NCBI GenBank assembly: GCA_035549695.1
Contig: DASZQK010000003.1
Span: 4,833-68,832 of the forward strand
Direction of reading: 5' to 3'
Origin: Caulobacterales bacterium
GTDB lineage: Bacteria > Pseudomonadota > Alphaproteobacteria > Caulobacterales > Aquidulcibacteraceae
DNA: 64,000 nucleotides
The notes beneath the pieces are model-generated. The model saw nothing but the letters and a program-made list of their open reading frames with translations. It had not been told where the DNA came from and searched no databases. Made by a program: the position numbers and the translations under genes. Positions 26,867-36,149 of this stretch are shown here, piece by piece. Each line of letters begins with the position of its first letter. Position 1 is the first letter of the stretch.

Positions 26867-29040
26867 CGCGCCGGCTCCCCATAAACCACGCCGCGTCCAT
26901 CCGTGCCGACATACACGCGTCCGTAGATGCGTGGATCGGCGGCAATGCAGCGGAAACGGCGGCCATATTCGTGCGACTCGTCATTGATGCGCGTCCAGGT
27001 GCGGCCGACATCATCGGAACGGAATATCGCCCGCATCTGGCCTTGCCAGGCGATGGCGTAGAGCGCGGGGTAGTCGCGTCCCGGCGGCGGGGCGCCGAAC
27101 GCAAATCTCTCGACGCCGACGTCGCTGTCGATGTGGGCGAATGAACGACCGCCGTCGGTCGAGTGATACAGCCCGCTTCGCGACATGAACCAGAGGTCGC
27201 CGCTGCGATCCGGTGTGGCGATGAGCGGCCATTGCGCCTCGCGCCAGCCGGGACGGTCGCCAGTGATATCGTTGGGCAGACCTTGTGTGGCTTGGGCGCT
27301 GAACGTGGCGCCGCCGTCGCGGCTCAAAAGCACGCGGCGCCGCTCGAAATCCATCGCGTAGAAGACGCGCCCATTGACACGGTCGGCGATCGGATGCGCC
27401 TGCGTCGGCAAACCTTGAGCTTCGCGCCACGTTTGGCCGCGATCCCACGTCACGAGTGGCGTCGGCGCGGCGACGATAAAGGCTGCACCATCGGCCGATA
27501 CGACGATTGCCGCATCGCCGGGCGGGGACGGCGTCGCCAGCGGCGCCCAGTTGCGGCCATAATCGGTCGAATAGGCGAGCCGCGCGCCGTCGCGATCGTG
27601 GGGCACGCCGCTTCGCACCACGACATTTGGCGCAGCGCCCGCCACGTCGATCGTGTTGGTGTTGTTGAAGACGGGATTTGTGAATTGCAGGCGCGGGGAG
27701 ACGTCAAGGTCCTCGTGCGCAAAGCCGCCGATGTCGCCGAACCCGCTCAGCAGGTGGAATGGTCCGCCGCTTGGGCTGGCGATCGTGATGACGGCGGTCT
27801 CTTCGACGCCATTCACCCAAGGCCGCCACAGGCTTGGGCCGGCGAGGTCGTCGTGCGTGGCGTAGATGGTGGCGCCGGTCGTGTAGACGACGTGATTGGA
27901 GTCGAAGGGATCGATCGCAAGTCCGGCGATCCACCACCCGAAGCTCACGTCCTGCTCGCCCCAATGCAGGAACGGCGTGGCGCTGACGTCGCGTTGCGCT
28001 TGCGGGCGAATGTCGCGCCAAGTGCGTCCGGCGTCCGTGGAGCGCCAGATTGTGTCGCGCGGACCCCAGCGATTCATCGATGCGACCGTGAGCGTGCCTG
28101 GATGCCGGCGATCGAGAGCAAGGCCCATGAAGCCGCCTTCGACGCGATCCGGCGGCGTGACGTCGGTCCAGCGGCGGCGATGCGTGTCGTACTTGTAGAG
28201 CGCGCCGTCGCGCACGCCATTGGGTCCGATGCCGTCGCTGTAGGCAATATAGAGCATGGCGTCAGCGTCCATCTCCGCCTTGACGGGCAAGAGATCTGGG
28301 CGAGGCTCACCGGCGACCGGCCGCCACGTAAGGCCGGCGTCGGTCGAGACGAACACGTGCGCCGCGCCCGGATCGGCGACGCCCGCGTAGATCGTGCGCG
28401 AGCCCGCGTTTTGCGCGCTCGCAGGGTCGAATACGACAAAACTCACGCCGCCATGCGTTGGCTGTCCCGGTTCTGGAAGGCCGAGGCCGCGGATCGGAAA
28501 TGAATCGACGCGCGACCAATGCGCGCCGGAATCCGCGCTGCGCTGCAGCCCGTCATGGCGCGAGCCAAAATAGAGAATGGCGCTGTTGTTCGGGTCGATG
28601 GCGAGCCGTTCGCCCAGGCCGCGGCCGTCTTCATTGCCGCCCATGCGAAACGGGACGGGGAAGATCTCCCAATGCGCGCCGCGGTCGCGTGAACGCAAGA
28701 TGGCCGCCGCGTCGCGCCGATACATGCCAGCCGCGACGAAAACGGTGTCCGCATCCGCTGGATCGGCAACGACGCTCTCGGCGCCATAATAGTTGGATTG
28801 CGGCATCGCATCCTGCAGCGCGATCCAGCGCTGCGCCGTGTCATCCCAGCGATAGACGCCGCCAATGTCCGTGCGCGCATAGGCAAGGCCGCGTTCGGCG
28901 GTGCTGAAGACGACATTCGGCACGAAGCCGCCGCCGCCGACGCGCACGTCGCGCCACACATAGGTCTGCGCGTGCGAAACCGGCGCCGCGAACAATACGA
29001 TCAGTGCGCCAATCAGCGCGGGCCCAATCCAGCGGCGCAT
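26863..29040 (-). CDS. GH74 xyloglucanase
   Basis: Signal peptide then YVWRDVRVGGGGFV, YARTDIGG (catalytic D), GNEDGRGLGERL, GVEETA, SGFGDIGGF (second D), YVGTDGRG; start MRRWIG at 29040. Confidence 0.93.
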   Translation of the reverse strand: MRRWIGPALIGALIVLFAAPVSHAQTYVWRDVRVGGGGFVPNVVFSTAERGLAYARTDIGGVYRWDDTAQRWIALQDAMPQSNYYGAESVVADPADADTVFVAAGMYRRDAAAILRSRDRGAHWEIFPVPFRMGGNEDGRGLGERLAIDPNNSAILYFGSRHDGLQRSADSGAHWSRVDSFPIRGLGLPEPGQPTHGGVSFVVFDPASAQNAGSRTIYAGVADPGAAHVFVSTDAGLTWRPVAGEPRPDLLPVKAEMDADAMLYIAYSDGIGPNGVRDGALYKYDTHRRRWTDVTPPDRVEGGFMGLALDRRHPGTLTVASMNRWGPRDTIWRSTDAGRTWRDIRPQAQRDVSATPFLHWGEQDVSFGWWIAGLAIDPFDSNHVVYTTGATIYATHDDLAGPSLWRPWVNGVEETAVITIASPSGGPFHLLSGFGDIGGFAHEDLDVSPRLQFTNPVFNNTNTIDVAGAAPNVVVRSGVPHDRDGARLAYSTDYGRNWAPLATPSPPGDAAIVVSADGAAFIVAAPTPLVTWDRGQTWREAQGLPTQAHPIADRVNGRVFYAMDFERRRVLLSRDGGATFSAQATQGLPNDITGDRPGWREAQWPLIATPDRSGDLWFMSRSGLYHSTDGGRSFAHIDSDVGVERFAFGAPPPGRDYPALYAIAWQGQMRAIFRSDDVGRTWTRINDESHEYGRRFRCIAADPRIYGRVYVGTDGRGVVYGEPAR

Positions 29041-29131
29041 GTCGTCAGCGTTTCCTCTTTTTGCGGCCAGACGGATTGCCGATTGGTATGATTTATTCTC
29101 TAACTTGGACGGCGAAGACAAGGAGGAAGCG

Positions 29132-31516
29132 ATGCCGGGCGTGCGCGCTCTTGTGTGCGCTGCAGCGCTGGCGCTGAGCAGCTGCGTCACGCCTGCGCCG
29201 CGCGGGTCCGCGCCGGCCTCTGCGCTTACGCTTTGGTATGACCGGCCCGCGACGGATTGGGAGCGCGAAGGGCTGCCGATTGGCAATGGCGCTCTGGGCG
29301 CGATGATCATGGGCGGCGTTGAGACCGACCGCATTCAAGTCAATGAGAAGACGCTGTGGACCGGCGGTCCAGGCTCGGCCGGTTACGATTTCGGCTTGCC
29401 CGCGCACGCAATGGTCGATGCGGTGCGCGCGGCCCAACGCGACCTCGCCCAACGCGGCCGCATCTCGCCGGAGGAAATGGCGCAGCGCCTGGGGCGGCCG
29501 GTCGTCGGCTATGGCGACTATCAAAGTCTGGGCGAGATCGTGCTCAGCTTGGCGGCGCCGGCCGGCGCAATCGTTGAGTATCGCCGCGAACTCGATCTCG
29601 AGCACGGCGTGGCCCGCGTTTCGTTTGTGCGCGAGGGCGTGCGCTACACGCGCGAATACTTCGCCTCATATCCGGATCATGTGATCGTCGTGCGCCTCAT
29701 CGCCGACAAGCCGCATGCGCTCCGCGGCGCGGTGAGCTTGGCGATTCCCGACAATCGTTCGCGGACAGTCCACGCCGAGGGCGCGCGTCTCTTCGCTTCC
29801 GGCGCGTTGAACGACAATGGGCTGAAATGGGAAGAGGGGGTGGCCGTCGTAGCGGAAGCCGGGATCCTCGATTTGGACGCGGATGGGATCGAGTTCGCTT
29901 CCGCCGACGCGGTGACGCTGATTTTTGCGGCCGGGACAGACTACGCGCCCGTGTATCCCGCCTATCGCGGCGCGGATCCGCACGCCGGCGTGCAAGCGCG
30001 GCTCGATGCAGCCGTGGCGAAGGGCTATCGGCGGCTCCGGGCGGATCACGAAGCCGACTATCGCGCGCTATTCGACCGCGTGCGCCTCGATCTGTCGGGC
30101 GCCGCGTCGCCGCTGCCGACCGATCGCGTGCTCGCCGCATATTCGGATGGCGCGTCGCCGCAGGATCGCGCGCTGGAGGCGCTCTACTTCCAGTACGGCC
30201 GCTATCTGCTGATCTCTTCCTCGCGCGCGGGTTCGCTGCCGGCGAATCTGCAAGGCGTCTGGAACCATGCCGAGCATCCTCCGTGGAACGCCGACTATCA
30301 CGTCAACATCAATCTGCAGATGAATTACTGGCCGGCGGAAATCACGGCCCTGCCCGAGACCGCAGCGCCGCTGTTCGACTTCGTCGACGCCTTGGCTCCG
30401 CCGGGCCAACGCGCGGCGCGGGACATCATGGGCGCACGCGGCTGGACGCTGTCGCTCAATTCCAACCCGTGGGGGTTCGCCGGCCTCATTTCCTGGCCGA
30501 CGGCGTTCTGGCAGCCTGAAGCCGGCGCCTGGCTCGCGCAGCACTATTACGAGCACTACCGCTTCACGGGGGATGAGGCGTTCTTGCGAGCGCGCGCCTA
30601 TCCCGTGATGAAGGGCGCGGCGCAGATGTGGCTCGATGCGCTGATCACCGATCCGCGCGATGGGACGCTGGTCGTCTCGCCCAGCTTCTCCCCGGAGCAC
30701 GGCGATTTTTCGGTCGGCGCCTCGATGTCGCAGCAAATCGTCTTCGATCTCTTCACCAACACGGCTGAAGCGGCGGATCATTTGGGCGATGCGGCGTTTC
30801 GCGACCGCGTGCGCGCCGCCCTGGCGCGGCTTGACCCGGGCTTGCGCGTCGGCTCGTGGGGCCAGTTGCAGGAATGGAAAGGCGATTGGGACGATCGGAG
30901 CGACGAACACCGCCACGTCTCGCATCTTTTCGCCCTGCATCCCGGCCGGCAAATCTCGCCTTTCACCACGCCGCAATTCGCCGACGCAGCGCGCGTAACG
31001 CTCCGCGCGCGCGGGGACGGCGGCACGGGCTGGAGCAAAGCCTGGAAGATCAATTTCTGGGCCCGCTTGCTGGACGGGGATCACGCCCATCTCATGCTGT
31101 CGCAGCAATTGAGAGCAAGCACGCTGCCCAATCTGTGGGACACGCATCCGCCATTTCAGATTGACGGCAATTTCGGCGCGACCGCCGGCGTCGCCGAGAT
31201 GCTGCTGCAGAGCCAGAACGATGAACTCCATATTCTGCCGGCGCTGCCGCGCGCCTGGGCGAGTGGCGCCGTCACCGGGCTGCGCGCGCGGGGCGGATTT
31301 ACGGTCGACATCCGCTGGAGCAGCGGCGCAGCAACTGAAGTGATGATCGCGGCGACACAAGACGGCCCGGTCGCCGTACGATCGACGCTGTTTGATGCGC
31401 CCTTCACGATTGAACAAGCCGGCGCGGCGGCGCTCGTGGCGTCGAATGGCGATGGCGAGCGGCGCGTGTTCCAGGCGCGCGCGGGCGGCCGCTACATTAT
31501 CCGCCGCGCGCCGTAA
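29132..31516 (+). CDS. GH95 alpha-1,2-L-fucosidase, lipoprotein
   Basis: RBS AGGAGG; lipobox LSSC; LPIGNGALGA, FQYGRYLLISSSR, PANLQGVWN, DYHVNINLQMNYW, HRHVSHL, TGWSKAW, PPFQIDGNFG. Confidence 0.96.
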   Translation: MPGVRALVCAAALALSSCVTPAPRGSAPASALTLWYDRPATDWEREGLPIGNGALGAMIMGGVETDRIQVNEKTLWTGGPGSAGYDFGLPAHAMVDAVRAAQRDLAQRGRISPEEMAQRLGRPVVGYGDYQSLGEIVLSLAAPAGAIVEYRRELDLEHGVARVSFVREGVRYTREYFASYPDHVIVVRLIADKPHALRGAVSLAIPDNRSRTVHAEGARLFASGALNDNGLKWEEGVAVVAEAGILDLDADGIEFASADAVTLIFAAGTDYAPVYPAYRGADPHAGVQARLDAAVAKGYRRLRADHEADYRALFDRVRLDLSGAASPLPTDRVLAAYSDGASPQDRALEALYFQYGRYLLISSSRAGSLPANLQGVWNHAEHPPWNADYHVNINLQMNYWPAEITALPETAAPLFDFVDALAPPGQRAARDIMGARGWTLSLNSNPWGFAGLISWPTAFWQPEAGAWLAQHYYEHYRFTGDEAFLRARAYPVMKGAAQMWLDALITDPRDGTLVVSPSFSPEHGDFSVGASMSQQIVFDLFTNTAEAADHLGDAAFRDRVRAALARLDPGLRVGSWGQLQEWKGDWDDRSDEHRHVSHLFALHPGRQISPFTTPQFADAARVTLRARGDGGTGWSKAWKINFWARLLDGDHAHLMLSQQLRASTLPNLWDTHPPFQIDGNFGATAGVAEMLLQSQNDELHILPALPRAWASGAVTGLRARGGFTVDIRWSSGAATEVMIAATQDGPVAVRSTLFDAPFTIEQAGAAALVASNGDGERRVFQARAGGRYIIRRAP

Positions 31517-31540
31517 CGCCGTTTCGCTTGTGATCGTCCG

Positions 31541-31554
31541 ATTGATATGACAAT
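31541..31554. promoter_or_regulatory. Shared operator motif copy upstream of GH35 (GntR/FadR-like)
   Basis: Imperfect palindrome ATTGATATGACAAT; weaker copy ATTGGTATGATTTA at 29082..29095, both preceded by CCG. Confidence 0.5.
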
Positions 31555-31582
31555 AGAAAAAGAAAACACTTCAGGGCGGAGA

Positions 31583-33235
31583 ATGCGGATTTTCGGCGGC
31601 TTGATCGGCATGGCGCTCGCCTGTGCGGCGAGCCTGACGGCGTGCGCGCCGCACGCGCCATCCTCCGAGAAGGACGCGCTGCCGCATTTTGTGACGCAGA
31701 ATGGCCGTCATGCGTTCATCGTCGACGGTCAGCCTTTTCTGATGCTGGGCGCACAGGCGAACAATTCCAGCAACTATCCCTCGGCGCTGCCGAAGGTTTG
31801 GCCCGCGGTCGAGGCGCTGCACGCCAACACGCTGGAGATTCCGGTCGCGTGGGAGCAAATCGAGCCGAGCGAAGGACAGTTCGATTTTTCTTACGTCGAT
31901 ACGCTCGTCGCGCAAGCGCGCGAACACAACGTGCGCCTCGTTTTGCTTTGGTTCGGCGCATACAAGAACACCGGGCCGAACTATGCGCCCGGCTGGGTCA
32001 AGGTCAACAACCAGCGCTTTCCCCGCATGATGGATGCGAGCGGCGGAATCGTCTATGCGCTGTCGCCGCACATTCAGGCGACGCTTGACGCCGATTCTCG
32101 CGCATTCGCCGCGCTCATGCGCCACGTGCGCTCCATCGACGGCGCTTTGCACACAGTGATCATGGTGCAAGTGGAAAACGAGACGGGTGTTTATGGTCCC
32201 GTGCGCGACTTTTCTCCGGCGGCGCAGGCCTTGTTCGATGCGCAGGCGCCTGCGGCGCTGCTCGCGGCGCTGCACAAACCGCCGGGAACCTGGACGCAAG
32301 TATTCGGGCGCGATGCGGACGAGTTCTTCGCGGCCTGGCACATGGCGCGCTATGTCGAGCAGGTGGCCCAGGCCGGACATCGCGAATACGCTTTGCCGAT
32401 GTACGCCAACGCTGCGCTGCGCGACCCCGTGAATTATCAGGACCCCCATTCCTTCGCGAGCGGGGGCCCGACCTGGGATGTAATCGAGATTTGGAAGGCC
32501 GCCGCGCCCACGCTCTCGGTGCTGGCGCCGGACGTGTATGAACGCGCATACCCCGTCGCGAGCGCGCATTTCGCGCGTTATACGCGCGCCGACAATCCGC
32601 TCATGATCGTCGAGATCGGCAACGATCCGGCCTATGCGCGCTATATGTTCGCCGTGTTCGGCGCCGGCGGCGTCGGCTTCGCGCCGTTCGGCATGGACTA
32701 CACGGGCTACTCCAACTACCCGCTGGGCGCGAGCGCCGAGGGTGAGGCCCGCATTGCGCCGTTCGCGCAATTGTTCGAGGTCATGGCGCCGGTGGCGCGC
32801 GATTGGGCGCGTATCGCTTACGAGCATCCCACATGGGGCGTCGCCAAGCCGGATGATAACGCGGATCAGGAGATCGCCCTCGGCGATAGCCGCTGGAAGG
32901 CGACGGTCGAGTACGATGAGTGGGCGTTCGGCTTCGCGCGTTGGAATATGGCGCACGACGAGCCGCCGCCGAATCTCGCCAAGCGATCGGGCGGCGCGAT
33001 GATCGCCCAGCTCGCGCCCGACGAATATCTGCTCATCGCGCAAAACGCGCGCGTCTCTTTCGCGTTGAAGGATGCGGGCGGGGCGAACGGCGTGATCTTC
33101 GACCGTGTCGAGGAGGGGCGTTTCGAGCGCGGCCAGTGGGTGATGGACCGTGTGTGGAACGGCGATCAGACGGATTATGGCCTGAATTTCAGCGACCAGC
33201 CGCGCGTGTTGCGCGTGAAACTCGCGACCTACTGA
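31583..33235 (+). CDS. GH35 beta-galactosidase (DUF5597 C-terminus), lipoprotein
   Basis: Lipobox LTAC; QANNSS, WEQIEP.EGQFDF, QVENE acid/base, APDVY, VE nucleophile region, VEEGRFERGQW...WNGDQT. Confidence 0.92.
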   Translation: MRIFGGLIGMALACAASLTACAPHAPSSEKDALPHFVTQNGRHAFIVDGQPFLMLGAQANNSSNYPSALPKVWPAVEALHANTLEIPVAWEQIEPSEGQFDFSYVDTLVAQAREHNVRLVLLWFGAYKNTGPNYAPGWVKVNNQRFPRMMDASGGIVYALSPHIQATLDADSRAFAALMRHVRSIDGALHTVIMVQVENETGVYGPVRDFSPAAQALFDAQAPAALLAALHKPPGTWTQVFGRDADEFFAAWHMARYVEQVAQAGHREYALPMYANAALRDPVNYQDPHSFASGGPTWDVIEIWKAAAPTLSVLAPDVYERAYPVASAHFARYTRADNPLMIVEIGNDPAYARYMFAVFGAGGVGFAPFGMDYTGYSNYPLGASAEGEARIAPFAQLFEVMAPVARDWARIAYEHPTWGVAKPDDNADQEIALGDSRWKATVEYDEWAFGFARWNMAHDEPPPNLAKRSGGAMIAQLAPDEYLLIAQNARVSFALKDAGGANGVIFDRVEEGRFERGQWVMDRVWNGDQTDYGLNFSDQPRVLRVKLATY

Positions 33236-33245
33236 GGCCGAGACG

Positions 33246-36149
33246 ATGGGGACGGGCATGAAAATCTTGGCGTGGAGCGGAAAGGCCGCGGCGGCTCTTG
33301 GCGCGCTGGCGCTGCTTGCGTGCGCGACGAGCGGTTCGGCGCCCACGGCGTCGGCGCCGGCCGCGCCGGCGTGGCAACGAGTCGAAGGCGGCGTGTTGAT
33401 CACGCCCTCCGAGCATCCCGATCGCCGCGTGCGCTTGCAGGTGATGAGCGACCGCGTCGTGCGCGTGACGGAATTCCCGAGCGCGGACCTCAATCTGCCC
33501 GAAAGCGTGATGGTGACGGCGCAGCCCAGCGGCGCTTTCGACATTTCGACCAGCAGCGACAGGCTAACGCTGACCACGGCGCATGTGCGCGCGGAGGCCG
33601 CGCTCAGCGACGGCGTCGTGCGCTTTCTGGATGCGCAAGGACATCCGATCCTCGCAGAAGAAGGCGCAGGCGCGTTCGAGCCGGTGACCGTCGAAGGCCA
33701 GCGTTTCTACGCCATCCGCCAGCAATTCAACCGCGGCACCGACGAGGGCTTCTACGGGCTCGGCCAGCACCAGAATTTGCAGTTCAATTATAACGGCGAG
33801 GACGTCGAACTCGCGCAGCACAACATGGATATTGGCATCCCGTTCGTGGTGTCGACCCGCAATTACGGCGTGCTGTGGGACACCAACTCGATCACGCGCT
33901 TTGGCGATGCACGCCCCTATCAGGCGATCACCCAGAGCCTTATGGTGCGTGACGCGCAAGGCGCGGAGGGCGGCCTCACGGCGCAATATTATGGCGCCGA
34001 CAACGCGCTGATCGTGACGCGCCGCGAAGCGGACGTGGACTACCAGTATTTGCCGACGGATCAGTTCGCCACGGGCCAAGCCGTGCGTGACGTTTGGCCG
34101 GCGGAAATGAATCACGTTGAGCCGGCCAAGATCGTTTGGAGCGGCACGGTCGAGGCGCGCAGCGCCGGCCTGCACAAGTTCCGGCTCTATGCCGGCAATT
34201 ATTTCAAGCTCTGGGTCGACGATCAGCTCGTGCTCGACGGCTGGCGGCAGAATTGGAACCCTTGGTATCGCAATTTCGAGGTGCAGATGGCCCCCGGCGA
34301 GCGCCACGCCATCCGCATCGAATGGATTCCGAACGGCAGCTATATCAAACTCGATCACCTCGATCCGCTGCCGGCGGAGGATCGCCACTCGCTCTCGCTC
34401 GCCTCCGAAGTAAGCCATGCGATCGACTATTATTTCGTCAGCGGCGACAATATGGATCAGGTGATCGCCGGCTATCGCGCGCTCACCGGCAAAGCCGTGC
34501 TGCTGCCGCGCTGGGCCTACGGCTATTGGCAGAGCCGCCAGCGCTACAACACGCAGGCGGAACTCACCGGCGTGCTGCATGAGTACCGCCGCCGCGGACT
34601 GCCGCTCGACGCTATGGTGCAGGATTGGTTCTACTGGCCCGAGAACGCCTGGGGCTCGCACGATTTCGACCGCGCGCGCTACCCCGATCCGGCCGCCATG
34701 GTGCGCGACGTCCACGCCAACAACGCTCACATCATGATATCGGTGTGGCCGAAATTCTATCCTACGACCGATAATTACAAAGAGCTCGACGCCATCGGCG
34801 GCATTTATCGCCGCAACGTGGAGATGGGCCGGCGCGACTGGGTCGGGCCGGGCTATGTCAGCACGTACTATGATCCGTATTCGAGCCGCGTGCAGGATGT
34901 GTACTGGCGCCAGATCCATGAAAAACTCGGCGTGATGGGTTTCGATGCGTGGTGGCTCGACAATGACGAGCCGGACATTCACTCCAATCTCTCCATCGCC
35001 GACCGAGCTTACATCCAGGGACCGACGGCGCGCGGTCCGGGCGCGGAATATTTCAATTCGTTTCCGCTGCTGCATGTCGGCGGCATGTATGATCACCAGC
35101 ACGCCAACGATCCCAACACGCGCCAATATATCTTCTCGCGCTCAGCCTGGGGCGGGATGCAGCGTTATGCGGCGGCGATGTGGTCGGGCGATCTCGCGGC
35201 GCGCTGGTACGATATGCGCGCGCAGATCTCGGCGGGCGTGAATTTCTCCATGTCGGGCATTCCGAACTGGACCTTCGATATCGGCGGCTTCGCCGTCGAA
35301 GATCGCTATTCGCACCAAGACCCCGCGCATCAGGCGGAGTGGCGCGAGCAATATCTGCGCTGGTTCCAGTTCGGCGCGTTCGCGCCGATCTTCCGCGCGC
35401 ACGGCGAATTCCCGCTGCGGGAAATCTACAACATCGCCCCGGCGGGTTCGGAGGTGGAGCAAAGCCTCATCTGGTACGATCGGCTGCGCTATCGCCTCAT
35501 GCCATACATCTACACGGTGGCCGCGGGAACCTATCAGGGCGACGGCACGATCATGCGCGGCCTCGTGATGGATTTTCCGAACGATCCGAACGTCCGCGAC
35601 ATGGGCGATGAATACATGTTCGGTCCCGCCTTCCTGGTCGCGCCCGTCTATGAATTCCACGCGCGCACGCGCGATGTGTATCTGCCGGCCGGCAATCGCT
35701 GGTACGATTTCTACACGGGCCGTGCGTTCGATGGCGGTCGGCGCGTCAACGCCGATGCGCCGCTCGCGCGCATGCCGGTATTCGTCCGCGCCGGCTCGAT
35801 CATTCCGACGGGCCCGGCGATCCAATATACGGGGCAAGATCCGGCCGGGCCCGTCACGATCACGGTTTATACCGGCCGCGACGGATCGTTCGACCTCTAC
35901 GAGGACGATGGCGTCTCGAACGGCTATCAGCGCGGCGAATTCTCACGCATCCCAATGAGCTACGACGACGCGACTGGCGCGTTGACGATCGGAGCTCGCG
36001 CGGGCTCGTTCCCCGGCATGGCGGGCGCGCGCACCTTCAACGTGCGCTTCATCTCCGGCCCGACGCGGAGCGCAACCAATTTCGACGCCCGCGCCGATCG
36101 CAGCGTGCGCTATTCCGGCGCGGCGGTGACGATCCGGCGGCCGCGGTGA
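33246..36149 (+). CDS. GH31 alpha-xylosidase with PA14 insert, lipoprotein
   Basis: Lipobox LLAC; YGLGQHQ, GYWQSRQRY, WWLDNDEPD nucleophile, WSGD, WTFDIGGF acid/base, FRAHG, LYEDDG; architecture like Cellvibrio Xyl31A. Confidence 0.93.
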   Translation: MGTGMKILAWSGKAAAALGALALLACATSGSAPTASAPAAPAWQRVEGGVLITPSEHPDRRVRLQVMSDRVVRVTEFPSADLNLPESVMVTAQPSGAFDISTSSDRLTLTTAHVRAEAALSDGVVRFLDAQGHPILAEEGAGAFEPVTVEGQRFYAIRQQFNRGTDEGFYGLGQHQNLQFNYNGEDVELAQHNMDIGIPFVVSTRNYGVLWDTNSITRFGDARPYQAITQSLMVRDAQGAEGGLTAQYYGADNALIVTRREADVDYQYLPTDQFATGQAVRDVWPAEMNHVEPAKIVWSGTVEARSAGLHKFRLYAGNYFKLWVDDQLVLDGWRQNWNPWYRNFEVQMAPGERHAIRIEWIPNGSYIKLDHLDPLPAEDRHSLSLASEVSHAIDYYFVSGDNMDQVIAGYRALTGKAVLLPRWAYGYWQSRQRYNTQAELTGVLHEYRRRGLPLDAMVQDWFYWPENAWGSHDFDRARYPDPAAMVRDVHANNAHIMISVWPKFYPTTDNYKELDAIGGIYRRNVEMGRRDWVGPGYVSTYYDPYSSRVQDVYWRQIHEKLGVMGFDAWWLDNDEPDIHSNLSIADRAYIQGPTARGPGAEYFNSFPLLHVGGMYDHQHANDPNTRQYIFSRSAWGGMQRYAAAMWSGDLAARWYDMRAQISAGVNFSMSGIPNWTFDIGGFAVEDRYSHQDPAHQAEWREQYLRWFQFGAFAPIFRAHGEFPLREIYNIAPAGSEVEQSLIWYDRLRYRLMPYIYTVAAGTYQGDGTIMRGLVMDFPNDPNVRDMGDEYMFGPAFLVAPVYEFHARTRDVYLPAGNRWYDFYTGRAFDGGRRVNADAPLARMPVFVRAGSIIPTGPAIQYTGQDPAGPVTITVYTGRDGSFDLYEDDGVSNGYQRGEFSRIPMSYDDATGALTIGARAGSFPGMAGARTFNVRFISGPTRSATNFDARADRSVRYSGAAVTIRRPR

